Assembly: GCA_050953065.1 (NCBI GenBank)
Contig: JBMNLZ010000002.1
Location: 1 to 64,000, forward strand
Reading direction: 5' to 3'
Length of the DNA stretch: 64,000 nucleotides
From: Bacilli bacterium
GTDB taxonomy: Bacteria; Bacillota_I; Bacilli_A; ML615J-28; CAG-698
Below, piece by piece: positions 10,277-21,702 of this stretch (within the stretch, counting starts at the first letter, position 1; every line of letters begins with the position of its first letter). The notes beneath the pieces are model-generated. The model searched no databases, was not told the origin of the DNA, and worked only from the letters and a program-made list of their open reading frames with translations. The position numbers and the translations under genes are program-made.

Positions 10277-10504
10277 TCAGCGTAGTTTAAAAAGACCGCG
10301 TTTAATTCCATCTTCTATAATAGAATTTATTTCAGAAAGACCAAATTCTTTTCCATGATCTGGATATTTCAAAATAAATGCTTGAGCAATTATTAAGGAA
10401 TTTGGAAGATCTCGATAATATGTTTTAGAGATGAAACTAGTAAGGTCATTAAAAACTAAATCGGATATTTTTTGTGGGACCATCATATACCAAAAGTCAA
10501 ACAC
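10277..10504 (-). CDS. Hypothetical protein
   Basis: 75-aa ORF. The start codon is uncertain. Confidence 0.45.
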   Translation of the reverse strand: MFDFWYMMVPQKISDLVFNDLTSFISKTYYRDLPNSLIIAQAFILKYPDHGKEFGLSEINSIIEDGIKRGLFKLR

Positions 10505-11241
10505 TATAACACCATGATGTTTTCCATGATGTGTATAAACCTGGTATACCTAAATTCCAAGCGAAAAAAAGCGTCTAACAATACTAGCATACATCTTATA
10601 TTATATAAATTGATGTATTTTCAATACTGCCAGACATCTTCAATCATTTTTCATGAATCTTTTTTCCTTCCCTTCTCAGATCTTCTGTTCTCTTATCCTT
10701 CTCTTCGAGTAACACTTGAAGCTCTTCAATCTGAGCTCTCAATTATGGGGATATAAGCTATAATTCTCTCTAAATATTGCCTGTGTGTTTCTCATAGTTT
10801 TTTTTCTGTTAACGTATACCTTATCGGCAGGTAAAATATCAAGGTCGAAATATCAAGGCTCTAGCTAACGATTTCTAAAAGTGTGTCTATAGTCTTTGGA
10901 ATGACTTGTGAACAAAACACATAGGTACGTTTAACCGATAGCGTTTATTTTCGTTGAGTGAACAAAACCACTAAATTTTTCAGGTTCAATTTGTCATTTT
11001 TGAAGGATGCCTTAAATTTCAGTTTTCCACAGGAAATGGAGGTTAAAACCAGACATGTATATAAGTACAGTATTACGAATTGTTTAAGATTTCATACTAT
11101 TTTTGTGAAAATGAAAGTTTATTTTTGACAGGCAATTGCAGGAAGAATTTAGAGGATTTTGTAAAGGTGTGTTTCCTATAGAGCCTGTGGAACTCTTGAA
11201 ATCTATATTTTCTTCATTCCTAAATAATTTATCGGTTTTAC

Positions 11242-11355
11242 TTATTCTTTCTGATGTTTGATAAGCTTGTATATCCGCGTCATTATAAGAATAAAAAGAA
11301 GAATTACTAATATGACCAGTATAAGTTCTGCTGTGCTTATAATCGAGACCCCCAT
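11242..11355 (-). CDS. 37-aa single-TM peptide
   Basis: Read manually: MGVSIISTAELILVILVILLFILIMTRIYKLIKHQKE. Confidence 0.4.
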   Translation of the reverse strand: MGVSIISTAELILVILVILLFILIMTRIYKLIKHQKE

Positions 11356-11452
11356 GATTTGTTATTATTATTGATATTATTTTTATTTTTAATATATTAT
11401 TTGCTATCCTTATTTCCTTACATATGTTCCTTCTTCAGCTAAATAGACCCAA

Positions 11453-11482
11453 GTTTCAATCCCTCTAAGGTCTGATTTTAAC
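11453..11482 (-). CRISPR. Solitary 30-bp CRISPR repeat
   Basis: GTTTCAATCCCTCTAAGGTCTGATTTTAAC, with 1 and 3 mismatches to the mini-array repeats. Confidence 0.8.
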
Positions 11483-11635
11483 TATTGCTCTGGAGCATGT
11501 AAGGAAGCATACCGCCGAAAAATGAAAAAAGAAGACATGGTATAAGTTTTGATAATATGATTCCTAACGGTTTTGTTTTTTTGAATATTCTGCGGCAAGT
11601 AATGACAATAAAACAAATATCAATAACCTACTTAG
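11483..11635 (-). promoter_or_regulatory. Putative leader/promoter of the 30-bp repeat locus
   Basis: AT-rich spacer region between the two repeat families. Minus-strand AAAACTTATA near 11541-11550 resembles a BRE/TATA element. Confidence 0.4.
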
Positions 11636-14600
11636 GTTTCAATCCTTGTTTTAATGGATCTTGCTCTCGAATCCTCTGGAAATCTCCGACCCACATATCA
11701 CGGTCTAGTTTCAATCCTTGTTTTAATGGATCTTGCTCTCGAATCTCATACACAAAATACTTCTTTCCTTTGTATTCTGTAGTTTCAATCCTTGTTTTAA
11801 TGGATCTTGCTCTCGAATTATACTTTGCGTGCATAGTATGTATTGTACACGGGGGTTTCAATCCTTGTTTTAATGGATCTTGCTCTCGAATAAAGTTTTC
11901 AAAGGCAAAAAAACAGGACTGCTACCAAAGTTTCAATCCTTGTTTTAATGGATCTTGCTCTCGAATAGGATCACGATAGCTAACAGCCGCAAGAGTGAAC
12001 GCTAGTTTCAATCCTTGTTTTAATGGATCTTGCTCTCGAATAGGCATTTGTGGCCTGTCTGCAATGTCAGCCTGGAGTTTCAATCCTTGTTTTAATGGAT
12101 CTTGCTCTCGAATTTTCTGATTCTATCAACCTGCAATCTGGCAATGACCTGTTTCAATCCTTGTTTTAATGGATCTTGCTCTCGAATTTTTGGCAGCCGG
12201 AGGTATGGTGGTATCATGCGTGATATGTTTCAATCCTTGTTTTAATGGATCTTGCTCTCGAATAGTAATTAAAAAGCATAGAGAGAGTCCGTACACAGAT
12301 GGTTTCAATCCTTGTTTTAATGGATCTTGCTCTCGAATTCTTTGAGAAGGGTTTCTCGATACATACTTTTCGGTTTCAATCCTTGTTTTAATGGATCTTG
12401 CTCTCGAATAGGTATATTTAATACTTTCTATTGTATGATACAATAGAGTTTCAATCCTTGTTTTAATGGATCTTGCTCTCGAATAATCAGTTACACAAGG
12501 CATGTAATAGGCGAATCATTGTTTCAATCCTTGTTTTAATGGATCTTGCTCTCGAATTCGTATCGGATATGTATACTTTGAAGGAAAGAATTTGTTTCAA
12601 TCCTTGTTTTAATGGATCTTGCTCTCGAATTTTTACCCCACCCATGAACATTTTCCCGTAATCGGTTTCAATCCTTGTTTTAATGGATCTTGCTCTCGAA
12701 TCAGAGTCTATAATTAGCTGTTGAGCTAATTCCTTATGTTTCAATCCTTGTTTTAATGGATCTTGCTCTCGAATTCGCTAGTTTCAATCAAGTTAGAATA
12801 CCCTTTCAAGTTTCAATCCTTGTTTTAATGGATCTTGCTCTCGAATGCGGGGCTGCCTGTTTCCGCGTATCAAGGATACGAGAGTTTCAATCCTTGTTTT
12901 AATGGATCTTGCTCTCGAATAAGGTGAAAACACGCCAGAAGAGACAGTCGAGGAGCTGTTTCAATCCTTGTTTTAATGGATCTTGCTCTCGAATCAACTT
13001 TCGCCCTGACATATCGGGCAGCTCTCTGCGTTTCAATCCTTGTTTTAATGGATCTTGCTCTCGAATCAAGATCTCCCTCTTCCAAGTCCATCTCAGTTTG
13101 AGAGGTTTCAATCCTTGTTTTAATGGATCTTGCTCTCGAATTCGTTGAAAACATTTAGAAAAAAAGAAAGATGACGTGTTTCAATCCTTGTTTTAATGGA
13201 TCTTGCTCTCGAATGTAGGATTCCCTCTCGCAGAACATTTTGACAATTCGGTTTCAATCCTTGTTTTAATGGATCTTGCTCTCGAATTATAATCCAGCAG
13301 TTTCAGTTAATTGTCAGTACCAGTTTCAATCCTTGTTTTAATGGATCTTGCTCTCGAATAAGGCGAGTCAGGAGATATTACCTATTCACTGACTCGTTTC
13401 AATCCTTGTTTTAATGGATCTTGCTCTCGAATAAGTTAATATAATAATGAGTGCAACTGTTCTTGATTATACGTTTCAATCCTTGTTTTAATGGATCTTG
13501 CTCTCGAATTTATATAGAGCCTTTTTTCAGGTCTTATATTAATTGTTTCAATCCTTGTTTTAATGGATCTTGCTCTCGAATTTCAACCCATAGCTTACTC
13601 AACATAAGCCCGTTTTTGTTTCAATCCTTGTTTTAATGGATCTTGCTCTCGAATAATTCCGGCACATTGAACTTATCCCAATACTCCTTTCTAGTTTCAA
13701 TCCTTGTTTTAATGGATCTTGCTCTCGAATCCTGCAGTGGAGAGAGAAAGACGGCAAACTAGTGAGTTTCAATCCTTGTTTTAATGGATCTTGCTCTCGA
13801 ATCCGTTAATTGACCAGTTAGTAAACCCTATTAGGTTTCAATCCTTGTTTTAATGGATCTTGCTCTCGAATGGGTTTTCAATAGCTATTCTAGGGATAGG
13901 AGCAGGTTTCAATCCTTGTTTTAATGGATCTTGCTCTCGAATTTCACCTCCTTTTCCAGTTTTTTAGGGTTTTCAGAGGTTTCAATCCTTGTTTTAATGG
14001 ATCTTGCTCTCGAATTGGTATGTAGTCATGTTCTGTCCTCAGTGTCTATAGAGTTTCAATCCTTGTTTTAATGGATCTTGCTCTCGAATACTTACAAATA
14101 TTCCGACATCTCAGCCTCTAGTTTTAAGTTTCAATCCTTGTTTTAATGGATCTTGCTCTCGAATGATAATCGAGTATGGTACAGGCTCAAATCAGAGTAA
14201 GTTTCAATCCTTGTTTTAATGGATCTTGCTCTCGAATCTGAATGTCTACCCTTATCAAGTTCATAGACTGACATTAGTTTCAATCCTTGTTTTAATGGAT
14301 CTTGCTCTCGAATACGGAAACATACAACCCGGATAAGAAAGGAAAATCCGGGTTTCAATCCTTGTTTTAATGGATCTTGCTCTCGAATAAAATGGAAGAA
14401 TTACAAAGACAGTATGATGAATAGTTTCAATCCTTGTTTTAATGGATCTTGCTCTCGAATCTATTGAATCGGCTGCCAGTCGAATAGGACAGGCAAGTTT
14501 CAATCCTTGTTTTAATGGATCTTGCTCTCGAATCGGCAGGTATGGATCTCGGCGAAGCGGCAGATATCGGTTTCAATCCTTGTTTTAATGGATCTTGCTC

Positions 14601-17600
14601 TCGAATAAGCTTAATGGTTGACGTTTGCAAAGAATGTGGAGTGTTTCAATCCTTGTTTTAATGGATCTTGCTCTCGAATTTCTATGGCTTCAGCGTAGAG
14701 TTTATTATCTTGTGGTTTCAATCCTTGTTTTAATGGATCTTGCTCTCGAATCAATATTCTCTGTTTTGAACTGAGTAATTGCACTTTGGTTTCAATCCTT
14801 GTTTTAATGGATCTTGCTCTCGAATATTTCAAGAGCGCAACAAGTTCAGCCGCGAGTTCAATGTTTCAATCCTTGTTTTAATGGATCTTGCTCTCGAATC
14901 AGAGTTGCTTTTCGATTCAGCAACCCCGTTACCGTAAGTTTCAATCCTTGTTTTAATGGATCTTGCTCTCGAATATTTCAAGAGCGCAACAAGTTCAGCC
15001 GCGAGTTCAATGTTTCAATCCTTGTTTTAATGGATCTTGCTCTCGAATCAGAGTTGCTTTTCGATTCAGCAACCCCGTTACCGTAAGTTTCAATCCTTGT
15101 TTTAATGGATCTTGCTCTCGAATAAGTGTATATACACGTATATACGATTTAAAAAAGATAGGTTTCAATCCTTGTTTTAATGGATCTTGCTCTCGAATTG
15201 TCGTCGTCAAAAATCCGGTTCTCGTTTTCTGGATTGGTTTCAATCCTTGTTTTAATGGATCTTGCTCTCGAATACCATACCACTCGACAAAATAGAACCC
15301 TGGCATGAAGGTTTCAATCCTTGTTTTAATGGATCTTGCTCTCGAATAGGGGTCTTCTCGCTGTGCCTCCGCGCTCCCTGAGAGTTTCAATCCTTGTTTT
15401 AATGGATCTTGCTCTCGAATTTAATACTCAGGCTATGAAGAAGGAAGAATTACGGGAGTTTCAATCCTTGTTTTAATGGATCTTGCTCTCGAATCAGATG
15501 CCCTGGTCCGAAAGTAGAGGATCCCCGGATGTTTCAATCCTTGTTTTAATGGATCTTGCTCTCGAATTTTTCCAGTCTACCTTTTTATAGACTGCTGCGA
15601 CGTTTCAATCCTTGTTTTAATGGATCTTGCTCTCGAATCATCTTCAATTCTTTGAAACCTTCAAATTAAAAGTTTCAATCCTTGTTTTAATGGATCTTGC
15701 TCTCGAATAATGTGTAAGGCTGAAATCCAGAAACTCCTTACATTGTTTCAATCCTTGTTTTAATGGATCTTGCTCTCGAATGAGAATACACTTACAGCTA
15801 TCTCCTGGAGTCTCACTAGTTTCAATCCTTGTTTTAATGGATCTTGCTCTCGAATTCTCGCCCGTCGTCTGTCATGCCTGGGCGGTAGGGGAGTTTCAAT
15901 CCTTGTTTTAATGGATCTTGCTCTCGAATGCGTCAAGTTCGGTTTTGACAAGACCGAATTCCGAAGTTTCAATCCTTGTTTTAATGGATCTTGCTCTCGA
16001 ATCCGAAAGCGTTTTTTGTAACTGCAACGCGGGAAAAAGTTTCAATCCTTGTTTTAATGGATCTTGCTCTCGAATCTCTAACAATTTCCTTGATAGCTCC
16101 GAGGTCCGAGATGGTTTCAATCCTTGTTTTAATGGATCTTGCTCTCGAATCAATCGGAGAGAAAGTCGCAGTCGGATTTGAGAGACTGTTTCAATCCTTG
16201 TTTTAATGGATCTTGCTCTCGAATACCCGATTTTGAGGTTGCCGCTCTTGTTCCTGAAAAGTTTCAATCCTTGTTTTAATGGATCTTGCTCTCGAATTTC
16301 TACGAGATCAGCCCTGTGCTGAATATCTTTAGGTTTCAATCCTTGTTTTAATGGATCTTGCTCTCGAATTATTGTTTTTCTATCTCATCTACTCCCAGGT
16401 CAGTTTCAATCCTTGTTTTAATGGATCTTGCTCTCGAATTGACAATACACAAATCATCTGTAAAACTCAATATCAGGTTTCAATCCTTGTTTTAATGGAT
16501 CTTGCTCTCGAATAATTCGGCTTCTCCGTGCCTTCACAGTCTCTGTTTCAATCCTTGTTTTAATGGATCTTGCTCTCGAATTGTAAGACCTGAAACTTTC
16601 AGGCTTAACGAACAGAGTTTCAATCCTTGTTTTAATGGATCTTGCTCTCGAATAGGGTGCAGTTGAGGTTGCAGAAGAAATCACAGAAAGTTTCAATCCT
16701 TGTTTTAATGGATCTTGCTCTCGAATCACCGATCGCCGACCTCGGGCATTTTGAAAGGATAGTTTCAATCCTTGTTTTAATGGATCTTGCTCTCGAATCT
16801 CTTCTTCATCGTCAACCTCTTTGAAAAAATCGGTTTCAATCCTTGTTTTAATGGATCTTGCTCTCGAATGCGAATTGAGGTCAAATCGATGGCAAAAACT
16901 AACGTGTTTCAATCCTTGTTTTAATGGATCTTGCTCTCGAATTCTTAACAAAGGGACAGATATAAGAGCATCACCGTGTTTCAATCCTTGTTTTAATGGA
17001 TCTTGCTCTCGAATCCAAACTAGTCACAGTACATCCACATCTAATAGAAAGGTTTCAATCCTTGTTTTAATGGATCTTGCTCTCGAATATATCCCGATTG
17101 GGGCTTAAGTTCCACACTTCTTTTGTTTCAATCCTTGTTTTAATGGATCTTGCTCTCGAATGATAAGGTTCTTTTATCGTCTTTTCCAACTCTTTTAGTT
17201 TCAATCCTTGTTTTAATGGATCTTGCTCTCGAATGCGTTTTACTAGATTCCTTTACGCAGCCAACATATTGTTTCAATCCTTGTTTTAATGGATCTTGCT
17301 CTCGAATGGGAAAGTGAGGACATCCCCCAACCCGACGGTTCTATGTTTCAATCCTTGTTTTAATGGATCTTGCTCTCGAATTCTACACAACGGAAGACCC
17401 AGGCACAGAGCCGCTTAGTTTCAATCCTTGTTTTAATGGATCTTGCTCTCGAATGCCAATCGTATATATAGTTTATGGCTACTAATAATGTTTCAATCCT
17501 TGTTTTAATGGATCTTGCTCTCGAATATCTTACTACAATATCTATATTGTATCTATTACTAGTTTCAATCCTTGTTTTAATGGATCTTGCTCTCGAATCA

Positions 17601-18752
17601 TGGAACGGATCAGCATATCAAACAACCGGAGTATAGTTTCAATCCTTGTTTTAATGGATCTTGCTCTCGAATCTGACAGTATATTTGTATTTATTTCTTT
17701 ATATTATGTTTCAATCCTTGTTTTAATGGATCTTGCTCTCGAATTTTTTAAGTTTTTTGAGGAAATTTGAAGAAATGTCAGTTTCAATCCTTGTTTTAAT
17801 GGATCTTGCTCTCGAATAAGTCCTCAAGAAGGACATTCTAATCAAAATCAAAGTTTCAATCCTTGTTTTAATGGATCTTGCTCTCGAATAGATTCAAACG
17901 GCCTGAAGAATACCGCCCAAAAGTACGTTTCAATCCTTGTTTTAATGGATCTTGCTCTCGAATTCTTTCTCAATAATTTTTATTACTTCCCCTCTCTAGT
18001 TTCAATCCTTGTTTTAATGGATCTTGCTCTCGAATATCCAAAATTCATTCTCAATGACATTGACGAGCTTCTGTTTCAATCCTTGTTTTAATGGATCTTG
18101 CTCTCGAATACTGTATTTGTTTTTCTGTGAGCTCTTCCCCTACTTGTTTCAATCCTTGTTTTAATGGATCTTGCTCTCGAATAAAAAAGAGAAGTTGCCA
18201 GTAAGTAACTAAGCTTGGTTTCAATCCTTGTTTTAATGGATCTTGCTCTCGAATCAAATACGCAAAGGACCCGACTTTTGCGGAAGTAAGTTTCAATCCT
18301 TGTTTTAATGGATCTTGCTCTCGAATTAGATTCCAGGGATTGAACGCTGTATTTTTTTGAGGTTTCAATCCTTGTTTTAATGGATCTTGCTCTCGAATAT
18401 ATTTGAAGGTTCAGAACCTAAATTGGTAGACGTGTTTCAATCCTTGTTTTAATGGATCTTGCTCTCGAATTATATAAAAGTTTGTATCTGATATATCAGA
18501 AACAACGTTTCAATCCTTGTTTTAATGGATCTTGCTCTCGAATATATCCACTATGGTTGTCTGAGCACCAACCCCTATGGTTTCAATCCTTGTTTTAATG
18601 GATCTTGCTCTCGAATACAAGAGTATAGGATAAGTTGCCCTGCTCGTATTGTGGTTTCAATCCTTGTTTTAATGGATCTTGCTCTCGAATGCCTCTCTGG
18701 TATGTCCCACTTGACAAAAAAGTGTGTTTCAATCCTTGTTTTAATGGATCTT
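11636..18752 (-). CRISPR. CRISPR array, 37-bp repeat, 97 full repeats plus 1 truncated, 97 spacers (about 31-40 bp)
   Basis: GTTTCAATCCTTGTTTTAATGGATCTTGCTCTCGAAT repeated about every 73 bp, a Methanosarcina-type repeat. The minus strand ends in ATTGAAAC (8-nt handle). The last repeat (18726-18752) is cut off after 27 nt. Counted manually. Confidence 0.98.
14789..15086. repeat. Tandem duplication of a two-spacer block (149-bp unit)
   Basis: Spacer 14826-14862 equals 14975-15011, and spacer 14900-14937 equals 15049-15086. Confidence 0.9.
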
Positions 18753-19240
18753 ATGATGATGCAGTACTTCCTGTTAACATCCAAAAGAGGGGACAAGTAA
18801 CCAATGATTTAATCATTGTTATGACTCCTAACGCACGTCCTAAGTCTGGAAGTATTGACGTACAAAATGCTTCATATGCAGAATTAAAGGCAGAAGTGAA
18901 AGCCTTATGTCATGGTAAACACTCTAAAGAAGCACGTGCTCATTTTGGTAATTATACCCAAATGAAAACTGCTGTTATGCGAGATTTACTACGAGAATGG
19001 CAAGCATCTCATGAATCACCAGTAAATACTTTTAAATTTGAAGAAGTACGTTCTAAATTAGAATCTGGAGATTTTGAAGTACTTACTATTGGAATAGATC
19101 GAAATATTTATAACGAAGCATTGAAATATATCTTTCATGGGATAACTTTACTACAAAACAAGGTTATTAATTTGAGTGCTACGAAAGCTCCCACGACAGA
19201 AGAATTGGAAGCTTTAGTAGAAAAATTTACTAGACAATAG
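18753..19240 (+). CDS. 5'-truncated putative ubiquitin-like domain fusion protein
   Basis: The real part of ORF 18635..19240 starts at DDAVLP. DDAVLP...NDLIIVMTPNARPKSG resembles the end of a beta-grasp fold, and it is the first gene of an E2/JAB/E1 operon. Confidence 0.5.
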
Positions 19241-19242
19241 TA

Positions 19243-20463
19243 ATGGATAGCAATGTAATACATAATCTATATTCTATTTATAAGGGAAAATTAGATAGGG
19301 GGGAGTATATTATCCCCCCTTTATATATTATAGAAGATATTATTATAAATAGATATGGTGATGACAGGGTATCTGTTTCTAATAACTCTTTTAATGATTT
19401 TCCACTGGATAATTTTAATAATATAAAAGAGTTTGAATGGTTTAAAAGGTATTTAGAGTATTTAAATATGTACTATGATGGGGATATATATGATATAATA
19501 TCTAATGATAGTTTTTTAGTAGAAAACCGATATATTCCAGTATATGATTTAACTAAAGAATTTATAGTATATTACCCAGAAATAGTAATTACTAATAGTA
19601 CTCAAGAATCACATGTAATTACAGATTTATATGTTAAATTTTCTTTTAATTATTTTGGGAAATTATTTGACTCTTTTAAAATAAACAGGGGCTCTTATTC
19701 TGAGCAAGAATGGTATAGTAATTATAAGCATTCTCATACTAACGGTTCTTTTCCAGATGATATATATTACTTTAATGCGCCTTGTTTAGGAGGAGGTCCT
19801 ATAGTTTCTACTATAGCAGTTTTAAGGAATACAACCTTGGAGAATTTTTCAGAATTAGAAATAGTACAATTTCTTATATTGATGGATGATTTTCTAAAAT
19901 GGGAATCTTTAGAAGGTGTGCCATACAAGTATATCCGAAATATTGGTAACAGCGGGAGCCATACTATAGTTCCAAATAGATCGCCTACAGAGTTAATACA
20001 CTATGAGAAGCGAGTTTTGGAACATATAGTAAAAGAAACTGATTTTTTGGAACATATTAAAGAGCATGCTTTTTTAATACCAACAGTTAAAGATGGTACA
20101 CCTAAATATAGTATATTGTTTGATGAGTGGAAATTACAAAAAATATTATTTTCTTATTATCAAGAAACGATAAATCTTTTTGGTGATACTCTTACTAATT
20201 TGTTAATGTATAAAGATTCTTTAAATAGAGTGTATTATAAAAGAGGGATTACAAATAATTTTATACCTATTGAAAGGTATGAAGGTCTGACTCTATTTAA
20301 TTTTAAAGGACAGGACGTAAAATTAAAAATATATAAGACAACTTCTGAAGAAGTTAAAAATTTTTGTATTAAACCAGAAATACTTTACTACCTAATAAAT
20401 AAGTTGGAAATGCTAATAAATTTAAATAATGCAGAAAACAGTTTTTCAAAATCAGAATTATAA
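19243..20463 (+). CDS. Putative prokaryotic E2-like (UBC-fold) protein
   Basis: Y-K-H163-S-H...P-C181-L-G-G-G-P resembles the E2 HPN/HPH...CL(G) active site. Supported by JAB and ThiF neighbours. Confidence 0.55.
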   Translation: MDSNVIHNLYSIYKGKLDRGEYIIPPLYIIEDIIINRYGDDRVSVSNNSFNDFPLDNFNNIKEFEWFKRYLEYLNMYYDGDIYDIISNDSFLVENRYIPVYDLTKEFIVYYPEIVITNSTQESHVITDLYVKFSFNYFGKLFDSFKINRGSYSEQEWYSNYKHSHTNGSFPDDIYYFNAPCLGGGPIVSTIAVLRNTTLENFSELEIVQFLILMDDFLKWESLEGVPYKYIRNIGNSGSHTIVPNRSPTELIHYEKRVLEHIVKETDFLEHIKEHAFLIPTVKDGTPKYSILFDEWKLQKILFSYYQETINLFGDTLTNLLMYKDSLNRVYYKRGITNNFIPIERYEGLTLFNFKGQDVKLKIYKTTSEEVKNFCIKPEILYYLINKLEMLINLNNAENSFSKSEL

Positions 20464-21697
20464 TAATTTTAAAAACCCTGTTAGGGGTAATGATATATCT
20501 ACAGAAGTAAAACCCAAGGAACTACCAATACCCTTAGTTAATAAAACAGAGGGTAATATTAAATTAACAGTTACCGAGGGTTTGATCAATAAGATAAGAT
20601 ATATTTGTGGGGAATTTCCTACCAAAGAATGGAGTGGGGTGTTATTTTATGATATTAAAGGTTCTTTAAAAAAGCCTAATTTAATAGAAATAAAAGCCTT
20701 TGATTTTTATCCTTTAGACTTGGGTAGTGCTAGTTATACAGAATTTGAATACTCTCCAGATTTTGCAGCTTATATAGCTAGAAATCCATTATTAATGGAT
20801 CATCAAATGGGGTTGATACATTCTCATAATAACATGAGCGTATTTTTTAGTGGAACAGATACTGCAACATTACAGGAACAAGCCCCTTTATATAAGAAGT
20901 TTCTTAGTGTTATTGTTAATAATAGACTGGATATAGTGGCTAAATTAGCAGTATATACTGAATCCGATATAATTAACAATACTGAAATTATTAGTACAAC
21001 TAATTATCAAGATATAGATTATACTAATAAGAAAATTAATAATAGTTCTAAAATAACTAAGACCTTTAAAGAAAAAGAGGTTTGGGTGTATGATTGTGAT
21101 ATTATTAAAGAGGGTAGGGAAATAGTAGATGAAGAATTTAAAGGGTTTGTAGAAGATTTAAAAACAAATGCTACTAAACAATCTTTTAATAATCCAGTAA
21201 TTAATACTACGCAACCTCTTCAAAGGGAACTGTTTAGGGATTCTACCTCTCCTTATGTAGTAAATAATGTAAAACATCCTGATGATAAAGTACAAACTTT
21301 TATATGCTGCTTAGCTTCTCAAAACTTCTTTTATACCCCTGTAAAAACATATAGTCTTAAAGAAAATTTAATGGCTGCCATGAGAGCAGTACCTAAGACT
21401 ATAGATAGGGATTTATATATTAATATGTTAGAGTGTTCTATAGATTTATTGTTGGATTACATGGAAATACATCTAGAAGAAGATATAATAGATATCTTAG
21501 ATTCTGCTTACCAAGGGTTAAAAATTATAGGTATTCATAATAATAAGGATTTAAGTAGTCTTGTATTTGAGGTTATAGAATCCACTCTAAATAGTTACTT
21601 GGAAGATCTTGTAGAGACAGAGGGATTTGTATATGAAGCCCCTCCTGAAGATGCTTATGAATATATTAATATAGTAAAACCACATAAAATAAACTAA
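20429..21697 (+). CDS. JAB/MPN+ (JAMM) metalloprotease domain protein
   Basis: EWSGVLFY plus an exact JAMM motif H-S-H-x7-S-x2-D (HSHNNMSVFFSGTD). Confidence 0.85.
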   Translation: MQKTVFQNQNYNNFKNPVRGNDISTEVKPKELPIPLVNKTEGNIKLTVTEGLINKIRYICGEFPTKEWSGVLFYDIKGSLKKPNLIEIKAFDFYPLDLGSASYTEFEYSPDFAAYIARNPLLMDHQMGLIHSHNNMSVFFSGTDTATLQEQAPLYKKFLSVIVNNRLDIVAKLAVYTESDIINNTEIISTTNYQDIDYTNKKINNSSKITKTFKEKEVWVYDCDIIKEGREIVDEEFKGFVEDLKTNATKQSFNNPVINTTQPLQRELFRDSTSPYVVNNVKHPDDKVQTFICCLASQNFFYTPVKTYSLKENLMAAMRAVPKTIDRDLYINMLECSIDLLLDYMEIHLEEDIIDILDSAYQGLKIIGIHNNKDLSSLVFEVIESTLNSYLEDLVETEGFVYEAPPEDAYEYINIVKPHKIN

Positions 21698-21702
21698 TAG
21701 TT

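Noticed and set aside
18110-18145. Spacer translating to EELTEK, like VQEELTEKN in the amidohydrolase (possible self-targeting)
   Set aside because: The DNA differs (GAAGAGCTCACAGAAAAA versus GAAGAATTAACTGAAAAG), so it is coincidental.
18635-18752. Cys-rich N-terminus (MPCSYCGFNPC...) of ORF 18635..19240, resembling a Zn finger
   Set aside because: It derives from CRISPR spacer/repeat sequence fused across the junction.
11557-18800. Dozens of ORFs containing FNPCFNGSCSRI, IREQDPLKQGLK or SRARSIKTRIET
   Set aside because: They are translations of the CRISPR repeat, not genes.
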